Below are positions 38,181 through 47,846 of a stretch of DNA of 57,987 nucleotides, piece by piece. Location of the stretch: positions 1 to 57,987 of IMG/VR virus record IMGVR_UViG_3300006805_000031; one strand, written 5' to 3'. Position 1 is the stretch's first letter. Every line of letters starts with the position of its first letter. Under the pieces are notes generated by a model that did no database searches, was not told the origin of the DNA, and was given only the letters and a program-made list of their open reading frames with translations. This DNA comes from a virus. Its lineage: Duplodnaviria > Caudoviricetes. Both the position numbers and the translations under genes were made by a program.

Positions 38181-38660
38181 ATGACGTCAAGCAATTTTAG
38201 CTTCAAAAGCTCCGGAAAAAAGACGGCAGACATCCTTCAGAAAAGGAAAGAATCTGCCGTCAACCTTCCATTTGTCGGCGTGAAAATGCCATTGGCTCTT
38301 GGTAACGAGTCTTTTCTTGCCATGAACCGAACATCCAAGGATCAGATCTCCGACAACCTAAAGAACCTCTTGATGACTAACCACGGAGAGAGGCTTGGTA
38401 GCTTCAACTATGGTTGCAATCTACGAGAACTTCTCGCAGAAAGCAACTTGTCGGATGAAGAATTTCAACGGGCAGCCGCTGCCAGGATCGCTGAAGGTGT
38501 CAGCCAGTGGATGAGCTTTGTTCAGCTGGAGGCTTTTTCGTGGAGCGCCTCAAAGCAGCACGGACCATATGTCCTAAAGCGGCTACTGCTGTCTTATAGT
38601 GCTCCGGATCTTGGCATTAGAGAAGAGATGGTTGAAGTGTATTTCGAGGTGGTCTCATGA
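38181..38660 (+). CDS. Baseplate wedge protein gp25/GPW-like
   Basis: QISDNLKNLLMTNHGERLGSFNYGCNLRELL...I...W. Confidence 0.88.
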   Translation: MTSSNFSFKSSGKKTADILQKRKESAVNLPFVGVKMPLALGNESFLAMNRTSKDQISDNLKNLLMTNHGERLGSFNYGCNLRELLAESNLSDEEFQRAAAARIAEGVSQWMSFVQLEAFSWSASKQHGPYVLKRLLLSYSAPDLGIREEMVEVYFEVVS

Positions 38661-40489
38661 CAACAAAAAACAAAAAAAACAGCCTGAGGCTGCGCAGCTA
38701 CCTCAACAAAGATTTCAATTCGTTCCGCCAAGACCTTGAGGCGTATGCCCGAGAGTATTTTGGAGATCAGAACCTTGACTTTTCTGAAAACTCGTTTGGC
38801 GGCATGCTTGTTGAGCTTCCCGCATACATTGGCGACAACCTGTCATTCTATTTGGATCATCAGTTCTCCGAGTTGGACCCAGAGAGGGCTGTAGAGACCA
38901 CAAACATTGAGCGCCACTTGCGTCGTTCTGGCGTAAAGATTGTTGGCTCAGCGCCTTCAATTGCCAGTATCACATTTTACGCAAAGATTCCAGCTGCGCT
39001 GTATTCAGGTGTCTATTACCCAGATTTGACCCTTTTGCCAATTATTGGACAGGGCACCAAGGTAGAGGCCCGCAATGGCACCACCTTTGAGCTTACAGAA
39101 GATGTGGATTTCACGCTTCTTGACAACTTTGGCGCACCAAAATGCAACTACACCATCTTTGAGCGAGATGGCCAAAATAACCCTCTTACGTTTCTTGTTC
39201 GCAAAGAAGGTGTTTGCATCTCAGGAAACACGTTCACGGACACATTCAGCATTGGCACCTTTGAGCCTTTCCGTCGCATCATCCTGAGTTCCCCCAATGT
39301 GACGGCAATTGAATCCGTTTACGACTCCGATGGCAACGTCTATTACGAAGTTGGAAGCTTGACGCAAAACACAGTCTTCAAAAGCGCAACAAACACTCAA
39401 TACGATTCTGATATCTGTCCGGCAACCCTCAAGATCGTTAATGCGCCATATCGTTTTGTCTCAGACACGTCGCTCGAAGGAAGGTATACGACTCTTATCT
39501 TTGGCGGTTCAAGTGATACGCAATCAGAGGCAGGCTTGCCAGATCCTTCTGATTTTGCAATTCCGCTCTACGGTAAAAAAACCTTCAGCCGAACAAGGCT
39601 AGATCCTCAAAAACTAACAAGTGCTTCGACACTTGGCATCTCCAATGAGAATTGCGTTCTCACTGTGAGGTATCGAGCTGGAGGTGGTTTGTCGCACAAT
39701 GTTGAGCCGAATGCTATCGATACCATCAGTCTACTGAATCTAAGGTTTGCTGGCGCTGTCGATGTCCTCAAGGGAGCTGCTGTTCGTGTTTCCATGGACG
39801 TCAACAACCTATCACGATCTGAGGGCGGCGAGGATGCCCCAACCATTGACGAGCTTCGCTCAGTGGTTCTGCAGGCCCGAAATGGCCAAGAGCGCATTGT
39901 CTCGAAAGCAGACCTGATTGCTCGGGTGTACTCCCTGCCAGCATCTTTTGGGCGAGTGTATCGAGCAGCCGCAAGGAGTAATCCCAACAGCCCTCTATCT
40001 GTGCAGGTCCACATTGTGTCCCGTGACGCAACTGGAAAGCTTGTCACAAGCTCAGACACGCTCAAAAACAACCTTGCCAAGTACCTTTCAGCATATAGGC
40101 TGAGCAACGATGGCATCGATATTGTTGACGGCCAAATCGTCGATATTGGGATTGAGTTCGATATCGTATCTGATCCATCCATGAACAAAAAGCTTGTTCT
40201 GCAGGAGTGTGTCGTCAAGCTCAAGGAGTTTTTCGACCAAAAAAACTTCCAAATCGATCAGCCGATTGTCGTTGATGAAGTAAGAGACCAACTCCGCACA
40301 GTAACCGGAGTCATCTCTGTGCCACGAATTGAGTTTGCCAATAATGTCAACACGAAGCTTGGCCTTCAGTATTCTCAAACGTATCACGACCCAAAGACAA
40401 ACACAATCAGGGGAATGTATATGCCACCTCCCGGCGGCATTTTTCAAGTCAGATACCTAGACAACGATATTGCCGGAAGGGCCATCTGA
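38657..40489 (+). CDS. Baseplate wedge protein, T4 gp6 / P2 gpJ-like
   Basis: YLNKDFNSFR...DFSENSFGGMLVE...AYIGDNLSFYLD; VRYRAGGG...N; GGEDAPTIDELR...QERIVSKAD. Confidence 0.88.
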   Translation: MTTKNKKNSLRLRSYLNKDFNSFRQDLEAYAREYFGDQNLDFSENSFGGMLVELPAYIGDNLSFYLDHQFSELDPERAVETTNIERHLRRSGVKIVGSAPSIASITFYAKIPAALYSGVYYPDLTLLPIIGQGTKVEARNGTTFELTEDVDFTLLDNFGAPKCNYTIFERDGQNNPLTFLVRKEGVCISGNTFTDTFSIGTFEPFRRIILSSPNVTAIESVYDSDGNVYYEVGSLTQNTVFKSATNTQYDSDICPATLKIVNAPYRFVSDTSLEGRYTTLIFGGSSDTQSEAGLPDPSDFAIPLYGKKTFSRTRLDPQKLTSASTLGISNENCVLTVRYRAGGGLSHNVEPNAIDTISLLNLRFAGAVDVLKGAAVRVSMDVNNLSRSEGGEDAPTIDELRSVVLQARNGQERIVSKADLIARVYSLPASFGRVYRAAARSNPNSPLSVQVHIVSRDATGKLVTSSDTLKNNLAKYLSAYRLSNDGIDIVDGQIVDIGIEFDIVSDPSMNKKLVLQECVVKLKEFFDQKNFQIDQPIVVDEVRDQLRTVTGVISVPRIEFANNVNTKLGLQYSQTYHDPKTNTIRGMYMPPPGGIFQVRYLDNDIAGRAI

Positions 40490-40490
40490 A

Positions 40491-41975
40491 ATGTTTCGAA
40501 AACTACCAATCCTGAAAGACACATACGTCACCAACAAGTACATTGATGGGGTGCCGCAAACAGGATCAAATGTTGGTTTGGCGGGCACCCTGGATCTGTA
40601 CAAGCTCTATGGCCAAAATGGGCTTACGGGCTCCGCTGGCATTGAGCTGACTCGGATTCTCCTGGGCCCAGACTACTCTGCCATTTTTCAGCACATTGAT
40701 GATGGAGATATTGACGTCAACTCACCAAATTTCAAATGCTTTTTGAGTTTGCAAGATGTGTATGGGGGACAAACAACTCCTCGTAATTTCACAATCGTCG
40801 CCGCACCTCTTTCTCATTCTTGGGACGAGGGGACTGGGCTAGACACCATCTACTACAGCCATTCCGATGCATCAAATTACCTGACGGCGTCAACAGATGA
40901 AAGCGGCACGCCCGTACCTTGGTTTGGGGAGGGCGCTTCCGTCAGAGGTGCCGCTGGTGCACCGGGCATCGACGTTATTACTTCCGCCGCTTTTGGCAAC
41001 ACAGAGTGCAAACAGACTTTTCGGATTGGTGATGAGGATCTAAAAATCGACATCACAAAGCTTGTCAGCGGAACATACACAGGTAATTTGCCTGATCATG
41101 GAATTGCACTATATCTCTCTTCTAGCCATGAGACAGATGACCATTCGTATTTTGTAAAGCGTTTTGGGAGTGCTCAGTCGCTCGACCCGCAAAAACGCCC
41201 AACAATCAACATGCATTACGACACATCGGATGTTGTTGATTCCCAGTTCTACTTCGGTACCCCATTCTCACTTCAGCTGAAAAACTACCGTCAAGGAGCC
41301 CCTGTCAACCTTGTAGGGGCTTCAGGCAGCTACCTTACGGGATCTGCTTGCCTGTCTCTTGAGCTGTCTGCTCGACTTTCCTCTGGTGCGTTCTCCACAA
41401 GCTTTTCTGGGTCGCAATTTACGACTGGGGGGTACATGGCCTCCGGAACCGTCTTGCTCACCAACACCAACCTTCTGGGCGAAGCGAATGCCAGTGGATC
41501 GATCACGTTTGACTACTCCTGGAAAGAGGCCAACTCCACGCTTGTGTTTTCTTCGGGCACTCTAGATGTTCAATCTCAAGCTGCCAGCAATGCAACATTC
41601 CCTCGCAGAATTTCTGTGAATATTGCAAACATCACAAAAGAATACCAATGGGGGAACGTCATCAGGCCTTTGGTGTTCTTGCAGGACATGCAGAAGCCAT
41701 ATGTTCGGTCTTTGAGGGTGCCTTTGGTCTCAAAAACCCTTAACGTTGAGACTCATTTTAGTGTCCGAAATGCCCACAACAACGAAGTTGTGATTCCGTT
41801 TGATACGGAGTTTAACTCGACTAGGCTTTCTTGCGACGGTGAGTTCCTATATTTTGACCTCTGGGTAGATTCTCTCCCCCCGGTGCAGTCATATGTGATT
41901 GATATCATGGTGATTGACGGGGGCCGTCAGCAGGTCTTCCGGAATGCATCAGCGAAGTTCAGGGTTGTCACATGA
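40491..41975 (+). CDS. Virion structural protein (~494 aa)
   Basis: KDTYVTN...SNVG, TRILL, SWDEGTG, DLKIDITKLV...HGIAL beta-jelly-roll pattern; in the baseplate operon. Confidence 0.6.
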   Translation: MFRKLPILKDTYVTNKYIDGVPQTGSNVGLAGTLDLYKLYGQNGLTGSAGIELTRILLGPDYSAIFQHIDDGDIDVNSPNFKCFLSLQDVYGGQTTPRNFTIVAAPLSHSWDEGTGLDTIYYSHSDASNYLTASTDESGTPVPWFGEGASVRGAAGAPGIDVITSAAFGNTECKQTFRIGDEDLKIDITKLVSGTYTGNLPDHGIALYLSSSHETDDHSYFVKRFGSAQSLDPQKRPTINMHYDTSDVVDSQFYFGTPFSLQLKNYRQGAPVNLVGASGSYLTGSACLSLELSARLSSGAFSTSFSGSQFTTGGYMASGTVLLTNTNLLGEANASGSITFDYSWKEANSTLVFSSGTLDVQSQAASNATFPRRISVNIANITKEYQWGNVIRPLVFLQDMQKPYVRSLRVPLVSKTLNVETHFSVRNAHNNEVVIPFDTEFNSTRLSCDGEFLYFDLWVDSLPPVQSYVIDIMVIDGGRQQVFRNASAKFRVVT

Positions 41976-44900
41976 GAAAAAGCTCTTTTTTGCCAAGTCA
42001 GATCAACTCTGACGACATCATTCGTCTCAAACTTGAAGGTGGGAAGATTGTGTCCACTTCAGGCGCAGAGTTGGCGGCGAGCACAGATGACAACGATGCC
42101 ATTAGTTTTCGCTATAGCCCAGAAAGCACTGGGCTGAAAAGCACACAACAGCTTGATATCGATTGGTCGAAATTCGAGAACCACACGTTCTTCAATTCAG
42201 CTGCAGCCAAGACAAGCGTTGCCTTCGATAAGATCATAAACAAGTTCCCATTTGATGGGACTGAACAAGAAGTAAATGCATTTCTTGATGCACTAACTGG
42301 CTTCGAGAAGCACGTGCTTGATTCTTTTCCGACATCCACTGGTGCTTTGCTTTTTGATGGCACAAATTTCGTCTCGGTTCGTGATTTCACAGGAGGCGAT
42401 CATGATGCTATCTTCTCAAAGGATTCTGGTGCACCGGCCCTAAATCCAACAGGGTCGTTTGCCCTTGAGTTCCATATCAATGTGCCAGCATCCGCAAACA
42501 CAACGCAGATCATTGCACAAAAGTCAAAAGCGTCAGACTCACTTACGTGTTTTTTGTCGGCTAGTTCTTCGCCATCCATTGCGACTATTGGCCTTGAGTA
42601 CGTTGCAGGCGGAAAAACAGGAAGAGTCTATGGTCAAATCCCTAAGGGGTCTGACGAACATGTTGGGCTTATTCGTAATGCGTCTGGGGTTCTAGGCTTT
42701 TACCACAGCGGACAAATTGTCACAGGTTCGCTCGTCGAATCAGGCCTTGACACATCAGGGGCGCCCCTCTTGATTGGCTCGGGGACCACCTTTTCGGTCA
42801 ATGGCGTGGCATCTACGCCAACCGCCACACTCTCTGGTGTCGTAGATGAATTTCGCCTTTGGCATGAACCTCGGACAGCAGAGCAGCTGAGCCTGACAGC
42901 AGAGAGGGGCGTCTATGGCACCCCCGCCCTTGCCCTTAATTTCAGATTCAATGAGCCGTCTGACTATTTCGTTTCGCAAGACTCGGTGGCCCCAAACTCG
43001 CTCCTGTTGGATTATTCAGGTAAAGGTCATCACTCAAATGTAAGCAACTTTGCTTTTTCGCAGCGTGTAAGTGGGACACTTGCAAACGAATCAAGCAGGT
43101 CAAACCCTGTTTTGTTTCCTGCGTTCAGCGGAGTATCTTCATTGAATGCGTCACTGCTTGGAGCTGCAACGCTGTTTGATGAAGTAAACCCAAACCTTAT
43201 CACAAAGCTTGTTCCCCCGCACATGTTGGCCCTGGGTAAGCTACAAGATGGGCAGTCTGGCGAGTTCGGAGCAATCACAGATCCTTTCACTGGAGAGGGC
43301 CCACGCAAGTCGAGGCTTGGAAGTACACAAATTTTGCTTAGCATTTTGTTCTTCTGGGCCAAATACTTTGATGAAATCAAGCTTTTTACGGACGCATTTT
43401 CGGCTGTTCGCAATACAGAGTTGGGGGCGGATGCGCCTACACCATCTGTTTTTCTTGTTGATGCGCTCAATGATCTTGGCTTCAACATCAACGACTTTTT
43501 TGCGGACGCAAATCTATCTCAATATGTGGACGGTCTTGGGGTGCTTGATGACGGCTCCGTAGCTGAAAAGTCGCTGCAAAGTATCAAGACCGAGCTTTTG
43601 CGAAGACTCCTTTTCAATATTGATGACATCATCTCAAGCAAGGGGACGATCCATTCCATTAAGGCGTATTTCAGAAGCATCGGAATTGACCCCGACACCT
43701 CGTTTCGGGTTCGTGAGTATGGTGGCGCCACAGAAAAGAGCCTCGATGGCCGCCGGTCCACTCACGTTAAAGAGATCAAGGAATTGCAGCTGTTGGGCGG
43801 ACAAGTCACATCACAATTTTTGAGCGAGTCTCGCACTCAGCCCGGTGCGCCGCTAATTGCTGGAAGCTTTGTTCCATTTGGGAGTGGCTTCATTTCGAAC
43901 AACGTGAATGATGGGTTGTCTCTGAGTGGCTCTTGGACTGTCGAAGCGAATGTAAGGTTTGCAAGTGGCTCTTCGCAAAACAGCGTCGCCAGGCTTTACA
44001 GCACAGGTAGCAATGGCAGAATCCTACTCGCAAATCTTGTATCGTCTGGTTCGCAGCTACACTTGTTTGTGAGTCCACAATCCGGCTCCATCATTCAGCA
44101 AACTCTCGACGTGAACATTAACGATGGCCAGCTTTGGAATTTGTCGTTCGGGCGCCGAAGAGACGACCTTACGCTTTCAGACTACGCTGCAGTATCTAGT
44201 TCGTTTTTCGTTCGAGCAGCGCAGTATAGCGAGGGCGATCTGACAGTACAGAAGGAAGCCTTCCAGATCTACAGTCGCACCCCCTCTGCAGACTTCTTCT
44301 CGAACAAGTCTAGCGCCAATAATGCGAGCGGTTGTTTCCTGCAGGTCGGAACGGACACGGCCGTTATTTCGAACACAATGGGCCTAGGAACGCCCGCTGC
44401 GCTGCCGATGGCAAAGTACGTGTCGACAACCGGAAGTCTCGCCAGAGTGGCCGTCTGGGGCCGGGAATTGAGTGCCGAGGAGTGGTCAGAACACTCTAAA
44501 AACATCTTCTCTTATGGAAGCTCAAACCCGCTCACCGGATTTGTCAATGGCGACCAAAGCGGGAGCTTCCAAAACTTGAAATTTGAGTTGACGTCAGATC
44601 AAGATGAAGTGGCCGCCGACGGCGGAGGAAATGTAAGCCTGTATCGATTTCCGCAGGCTGTCACCACGGGGACTGGCTTCGCCCCGTCAACAACAGTGTT
44701 CTCCAGCCATATCGTGCACGATTCGCTTTTGGAGCACTCCTATGACGAATCTGTGGACGAAAATAAGGTTCGTGTGCGCAGCTATGAAGATGCCGAAAAC
44801 CTTGCATCAGCAAAGTTTGTAGCTGCGTCGCTCGCTCCAGTTTATAGCATCCCTAAATCAGAGTCGCCAGTAGATGACTCTAGATTGTCAATCGATATTA

Positions 44901-45301
44901 GCATTTCGGATGGCGTAGATAAAGACATCTTCAAGATGTTTGGGGGGCTAACTAGCCTGGATGACTCGCTTGGCCACAGGATCTCCTCACAAGAAGAGAG
45001 CTATCCGGCCCTTGACCAACTTCGAAAAATCCACGCATCAAGGTTTGTGAGCGATCTTGATTTGCAGGCTTTTTTCTACTTCTACCGGTGGCTTGACGGA
45101 AACATTGGCCACTTTGTTGACCAGTTGATCCCTGCAAAGACTCGATACCTTGGGATGAGGTATGTCATTCGAAGCCATGCGCTTGAGAGGTTCAGGATGA
45201 AATACTATGATGAAGAGGCGTTCTTGCCCGCAGAACGACGTCAGAACCTTGATGGCTCCATTCTCCTGGAAAGCGTTGCTGGTATTGTGAGGCGCTACTA
45301 A
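41972..45301 (+). CDS. Large baseplate protein with LamG domains and gp7/gpI-like KGT motif
   Basis: FALEFHI...LSGVVDEFRLW (LamG); IISSKGTIHSIKAYFRSIG (gpI/gp7-like motif); second LamG-like block WTVEA...DGQLWNLSFGR. Confidence 0.7.
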   Translation: MRKSSFLPSQINSDDIIRLKLEGGKIVSTSGAELAASTDDNDAISFRYSPESTGLKSTQQLDIDWSKFENHTFFNSAAAKTSVAFDKIINKFPFDGTEQEVNAFLDALTGFEKHVLDSFPTSTGALLFDGTNFVSVRDFTGGDHDAIFSKDSGAPALNPTGSFALEFHINVPASANTTQIIAQKSKASDSLTCFLSASSSPSIATIGLEYVAGGKTGRVYGQIPKGSDEHVGLIRNASGVLGFYHSGQIVTGSLVESGLDTSGAPLLIGSGTTFSVNGVASTPTATLSGVVDEFRLWHEPRTAEQLSLTAERGVYGTPALALNFRFNEPSDYFVSQDSVAPNSLLLDYSGKGHHSNVSNFAFSQRVSGTLANESSRSNPVLFPAFSGVSSLNASLLGAATLFDEVNPNLITKLVPPHMLALGKLQDGQSGEFGAITDPFTGEGPRKSRLGSTQILLSILFFWAKYFDEIKLFTDAFSAVRNTELGADAPTPSVFLVDALNDLGFNINDFFADANLSQYVDGLGVLDDGSVAEKSLQSIKTELLRRLLFNIDDIISSKGTIHSIKAYFRSIGIDPDTSFRVREYGGATEKSLDGRRSTHVKEIKELQLLGGQVTSQFLSESRTQPGAPLIAGSFVPFGSGFISNNVNDGLSLSGSWTVEANVRFASGSSQNSVARLYSTGSNGRILLANLVSSGSQLHLFVSPQSGSIIQQTLDVNINDGQLWNLSFGRRRDDLTLSDYAAVSSSFFVRAAQYSEGDLTVQKEAFQIYSRTPSADFFSNKSSANNASGCFLQVGTDTAVISNTMGLGTPAALPMAKYVSTTGSLARVAVWGRELSAEEWSEHSKNIFSYGSSNPLTGFVNGDQSGSFQNLKFELTSDQDEVAADGGGNVSLYRFPQAVTTGTGFAPSTTVFSSHIVHDSLLEHSYDESVDENKVRVRSYEDAENLASAKFVAASLAPVYSIPKSESPVDDSRLSIDISISDGVDKDIFKMFGGLTSLDDSLGHRISSQEESYPALDQLRKIHASRFVSDLDLQAFFYFYRWLDGNIGHFVDQLIPAKTRYLGMRYVIRSHALERFRMKYYDEEAFLPAERRQNLDGSILLESVAGIVRRY

Positions 45302-45876
45302 TGAAACCATTTTACGACACAGTGGCCGTTAGGTCTCCTGCTGTGCAAGGTCGCCAAGATCTAAGCGCATACAACTCCCGCCGCCAAGGTGTTGAGATCA
45401 CAGATGACAAATATCTCTCGGAAGGTATCGGGAAAACAACACAAGGGTATTTCCCAAACTCCCAAGAGTCCCCGCCGCTAAATCTGGGCCAGGATTCTCA
45501 TTGGGCGATTGACACTATTGGCTTTTCGGAAGATATGCCGGCGACACCACAACAAGAATACTATCAGGCAATCCACGAATCGTCCGTTCAGGGAGGCATT
45601 CAAAGTGCCGATCTTGTGAACTCCAGCCAGCTGCCAACAATCGACCCTGTTCGGTTCTCTGAATTCTTGCAACCGGGCTTTGCCTTTTCAGAGGAGGGGA
45701 CCGGAACTGCACCAGTTTGTGGTCCATTCCATGAACAAACCACAGGACATGGTGAACTAATGACAAGCGACATGGACACAGACTACATTTCAGCTAGAAA
45801 AACACTTCGCCCCTCAGATGACAATGCAGTACCTTTTGGTTTTTTTGTTTTTGGCTCAAATGGAGTGCCGTATTGA
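45301..45876 (+). CDS. Hypothetical protein (191 aa)
   Basis: 1-nt overlap with the upstream stop; in the tail operon. Confidence 0.55.
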   Translation: MKPFYDTVAVRSPAVQGRQDLSAYNSRRQGVEITDDKYLSEGIGKTTQGYFPNSQESPPLNLGQDSHWAIDTIGFSEDMPATPQQEYYQAIHESSVQGGIQSADLVNSSQLPTIDPVRFSEFLQPGFAFSEEGTGTAPVCGPFHEQTTGHGELMTSDMDTDYISARKTLRPSDDNAVPFGFFVFGSNGVPY

Positions 45877-45877
45877 T

Positions 45878-47809
45878 ATGAGAATAAGCCTTATTTACAC
45901 CGGTCTACAGTTCATCCGCCAGCGCTTGAGTCGAATCCCTGTTGCGTTTGTTTTTGCTGCATTTGCCTGGACTCTTGATCTGGAAGGCGACAAACTTTTG
46001 GCTGCAAGCATTCCAGGAACTGAAAGCGCTGGCACATCAGAGACTCATCCGCTCACCAGCACGGCAGCAAACGCTTTTTCCAATGGCGCACCCATTGGGA
46101 CACATGAGACATTTGATAACACATCGGATGAAGCATATACGTTCGGAACAGCTGTGTTGTCAGATATCGTTTCAGCTGATGCATTCACTCTCTTTCTTGT
46201 AGTGCGGCTGAATGCATATGGAACCACAAGCGGCTCTAATTTCTACGAAACTCCAGCCATTCTGCAGACTAACGGTGGTCAATATTGGGGCCTAGGGACC
46301 ACCGAGACGGGTATCCGAGCCGGCATTTTCGATGGAGGCTTTAAGAATCTTGACGTAGATGTTCCGCTCGACACCCCTGTCATTATCACGGTTCGGCTCA
46401 GGTCGGGTGTTTTTTCAATCCGAAAAAACATTGATGATTGGCAAAGTGTACCTGCGGGAAATATCACATCCCTGGGCAACTTTCTGTCAAATTACACTGC
46501 GGCTGGCCGAGCCGATGTGGATTATGCGAGGCTGTCTATTTCGAAACAGGCTTTTTCGGATTCACAAGTGGATTCTTTGCTGGAGAATATTGCCCCCATT
46601 TATGGAATCACACTTGTTCCACCCGAAACAGTATTTGGGTTTTTGGAAACAGGACAGTCACTTTCCATTGGGGCGAGAACGGGTAATATTGAACTACCAG
46701 CTGTAACGAATGGCGCCATCACAAATCACCAGATGATCGGCAATCTATATGGAGTGGCTGTAAACCCAAGCTCCTCATGGATCCTATCAGCCCTGCAAAA
46801 CCCTATGCGTGAAATAGGAGCCACAAACAATCTTGGGTGGCCCCTAAATGCCTGGGATGAATCACCAGCACCAGCCTTTGGGGTTCGCTTGAATAGCAAT
46901 ATTGCACCACAAATCAAGGGTTTCCACTCTCAGGTCGGTCAAGATGGGGCTGACATTTCTGTTATTGAGAAGGGCGGGTCCGGAAATGCTTATCAGGCAG
47001 GGCTTGATGAGGCCACCAGAGCAAAGCAGCTGTACCTAGCGCAGTCAAAGACACTAAAATACTCTGCAATTTTGTTTACGCACGGGGAGTCCGACTACTC
47101 AAGCGCAACATATACAACATCAGTAGCTCAACTCATCACAGACTACAATGTGGATCTCAAGGCCATTACGGGCCAAATCGACAACATCCCGATGATTGCA
47201 ACACAGCCATCTGCTGGTTGGCCAACATATGGTGTCGGGTCACAAATGCAACATCAGGCTATGTTGGATCTTGCGCTGACAGATGCTCGATTTGTTCTGG
47301 CTGGACCCAAATATCAATTCCAATACCACACAGCTGATTTTCACCTAGCCCCAGCTGGCACCCGAGATATGGCGTATCTCTACGCAGATGTGTACACGTT
47401 ACTGCGTCAGAATGGCACCTTCCTGCCGCTTTACCCCACGGGGCAGTCCACTTCCACCGTATCTGGCAAAACAGTCGTTAAAGTCGATTTTGGCCTACCC
47501 AGTGGGTCTTTGGTGTTTGACACAGTGACTGTCTCTGAGCCCCACCAAGCCAGTAACACAGCGTGGGCAAATGGGAAGGGGTTCGAGGTCGAAGTGGCTT
47601 CTTCCCCAGTGACCATCGAGTCGGTCTCTATTGGGATTGATGGCGTGTCGGTGTCGATCTACCTTGACTCTTTGATTGATCCGCTAGATCCGATCATTGT
47701 GTCTTATGCATACACCATCGACGCAGACAACTCAAAGCGCCGAGGAAATCTAAAGACCACCACGGGTCATTGGTGTGTACACTTCAACGACCCATTCAAA
47801 TTGCTGTGA
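45878..47809 (+). CDS. Tail-associated protein: LamG-like + SGNH sialate-O-acetylesterase-like (SASA) domain
   Basis: TGQSLSIG (block I Ser), GQDGA, FTHGESD (block III), DFHL (Asp-His); N-terminal FTLFLVV LamG-like strands. ATG at 45878 follows the upstream stop. Confidence 0.75.
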   Translation: MRISLIYTGLQFIRQRLSRIPVAFVFAAFAWTLDLEGDKLLAASIPGTESAGTSETHPLTSTAANAFSNGAPIGTHETFDNTSDEAYTFGTAVLSDIVSADAFTLFLVVRLNAYGTTSGSNFYETPAILQTNGGQYWGLGTTETGIRAGIFDGGFKNLDVDVPLDTPVIITVRLRSGVFSIRKNIDDWQSVPAGNITSLGNFLSNYTAAGRADVDYARLSISKQAFSDSQVDSLLENIAPIYGITLVPPETVFGFLETGQSLSIGARTGNIELPAVTNGAITNHQMIGNLYGVAVNPSSSWILSALQNPMREIGATNNLGWPLNAWDESPAPAFGVRLNSNIAPQIKGFHSQVGQDGADISVIEKGGSGNAYQAGLDEATRAKQLYLAQSKTLKYSAILFTHGESDYSSATYTTSVAQLITDYNVDLKAITGQIDNIPMIATQPSAGWPTYGVGSQMQHQAMLDLALTDARFVLAGPKYQFQYHTADFHLAPAGTRDMAYLYADVYTLLRQNGTFLPLYPTGQSTSTVSGKTVVKVDFGLPSGSLVFDTVTVSEPHQASNTAWANGKGFEVEVASSPVTIESVSIGIDGVSVSIYLDSLIDPLDPIIVSYAYTIDADNSKRRGNLKTTTGHWCVHFNDPFKLL

Positions 47810-47846
47810 GTGTTGACCGTCGTTGACTAAGCTCTAATTAACGGAG

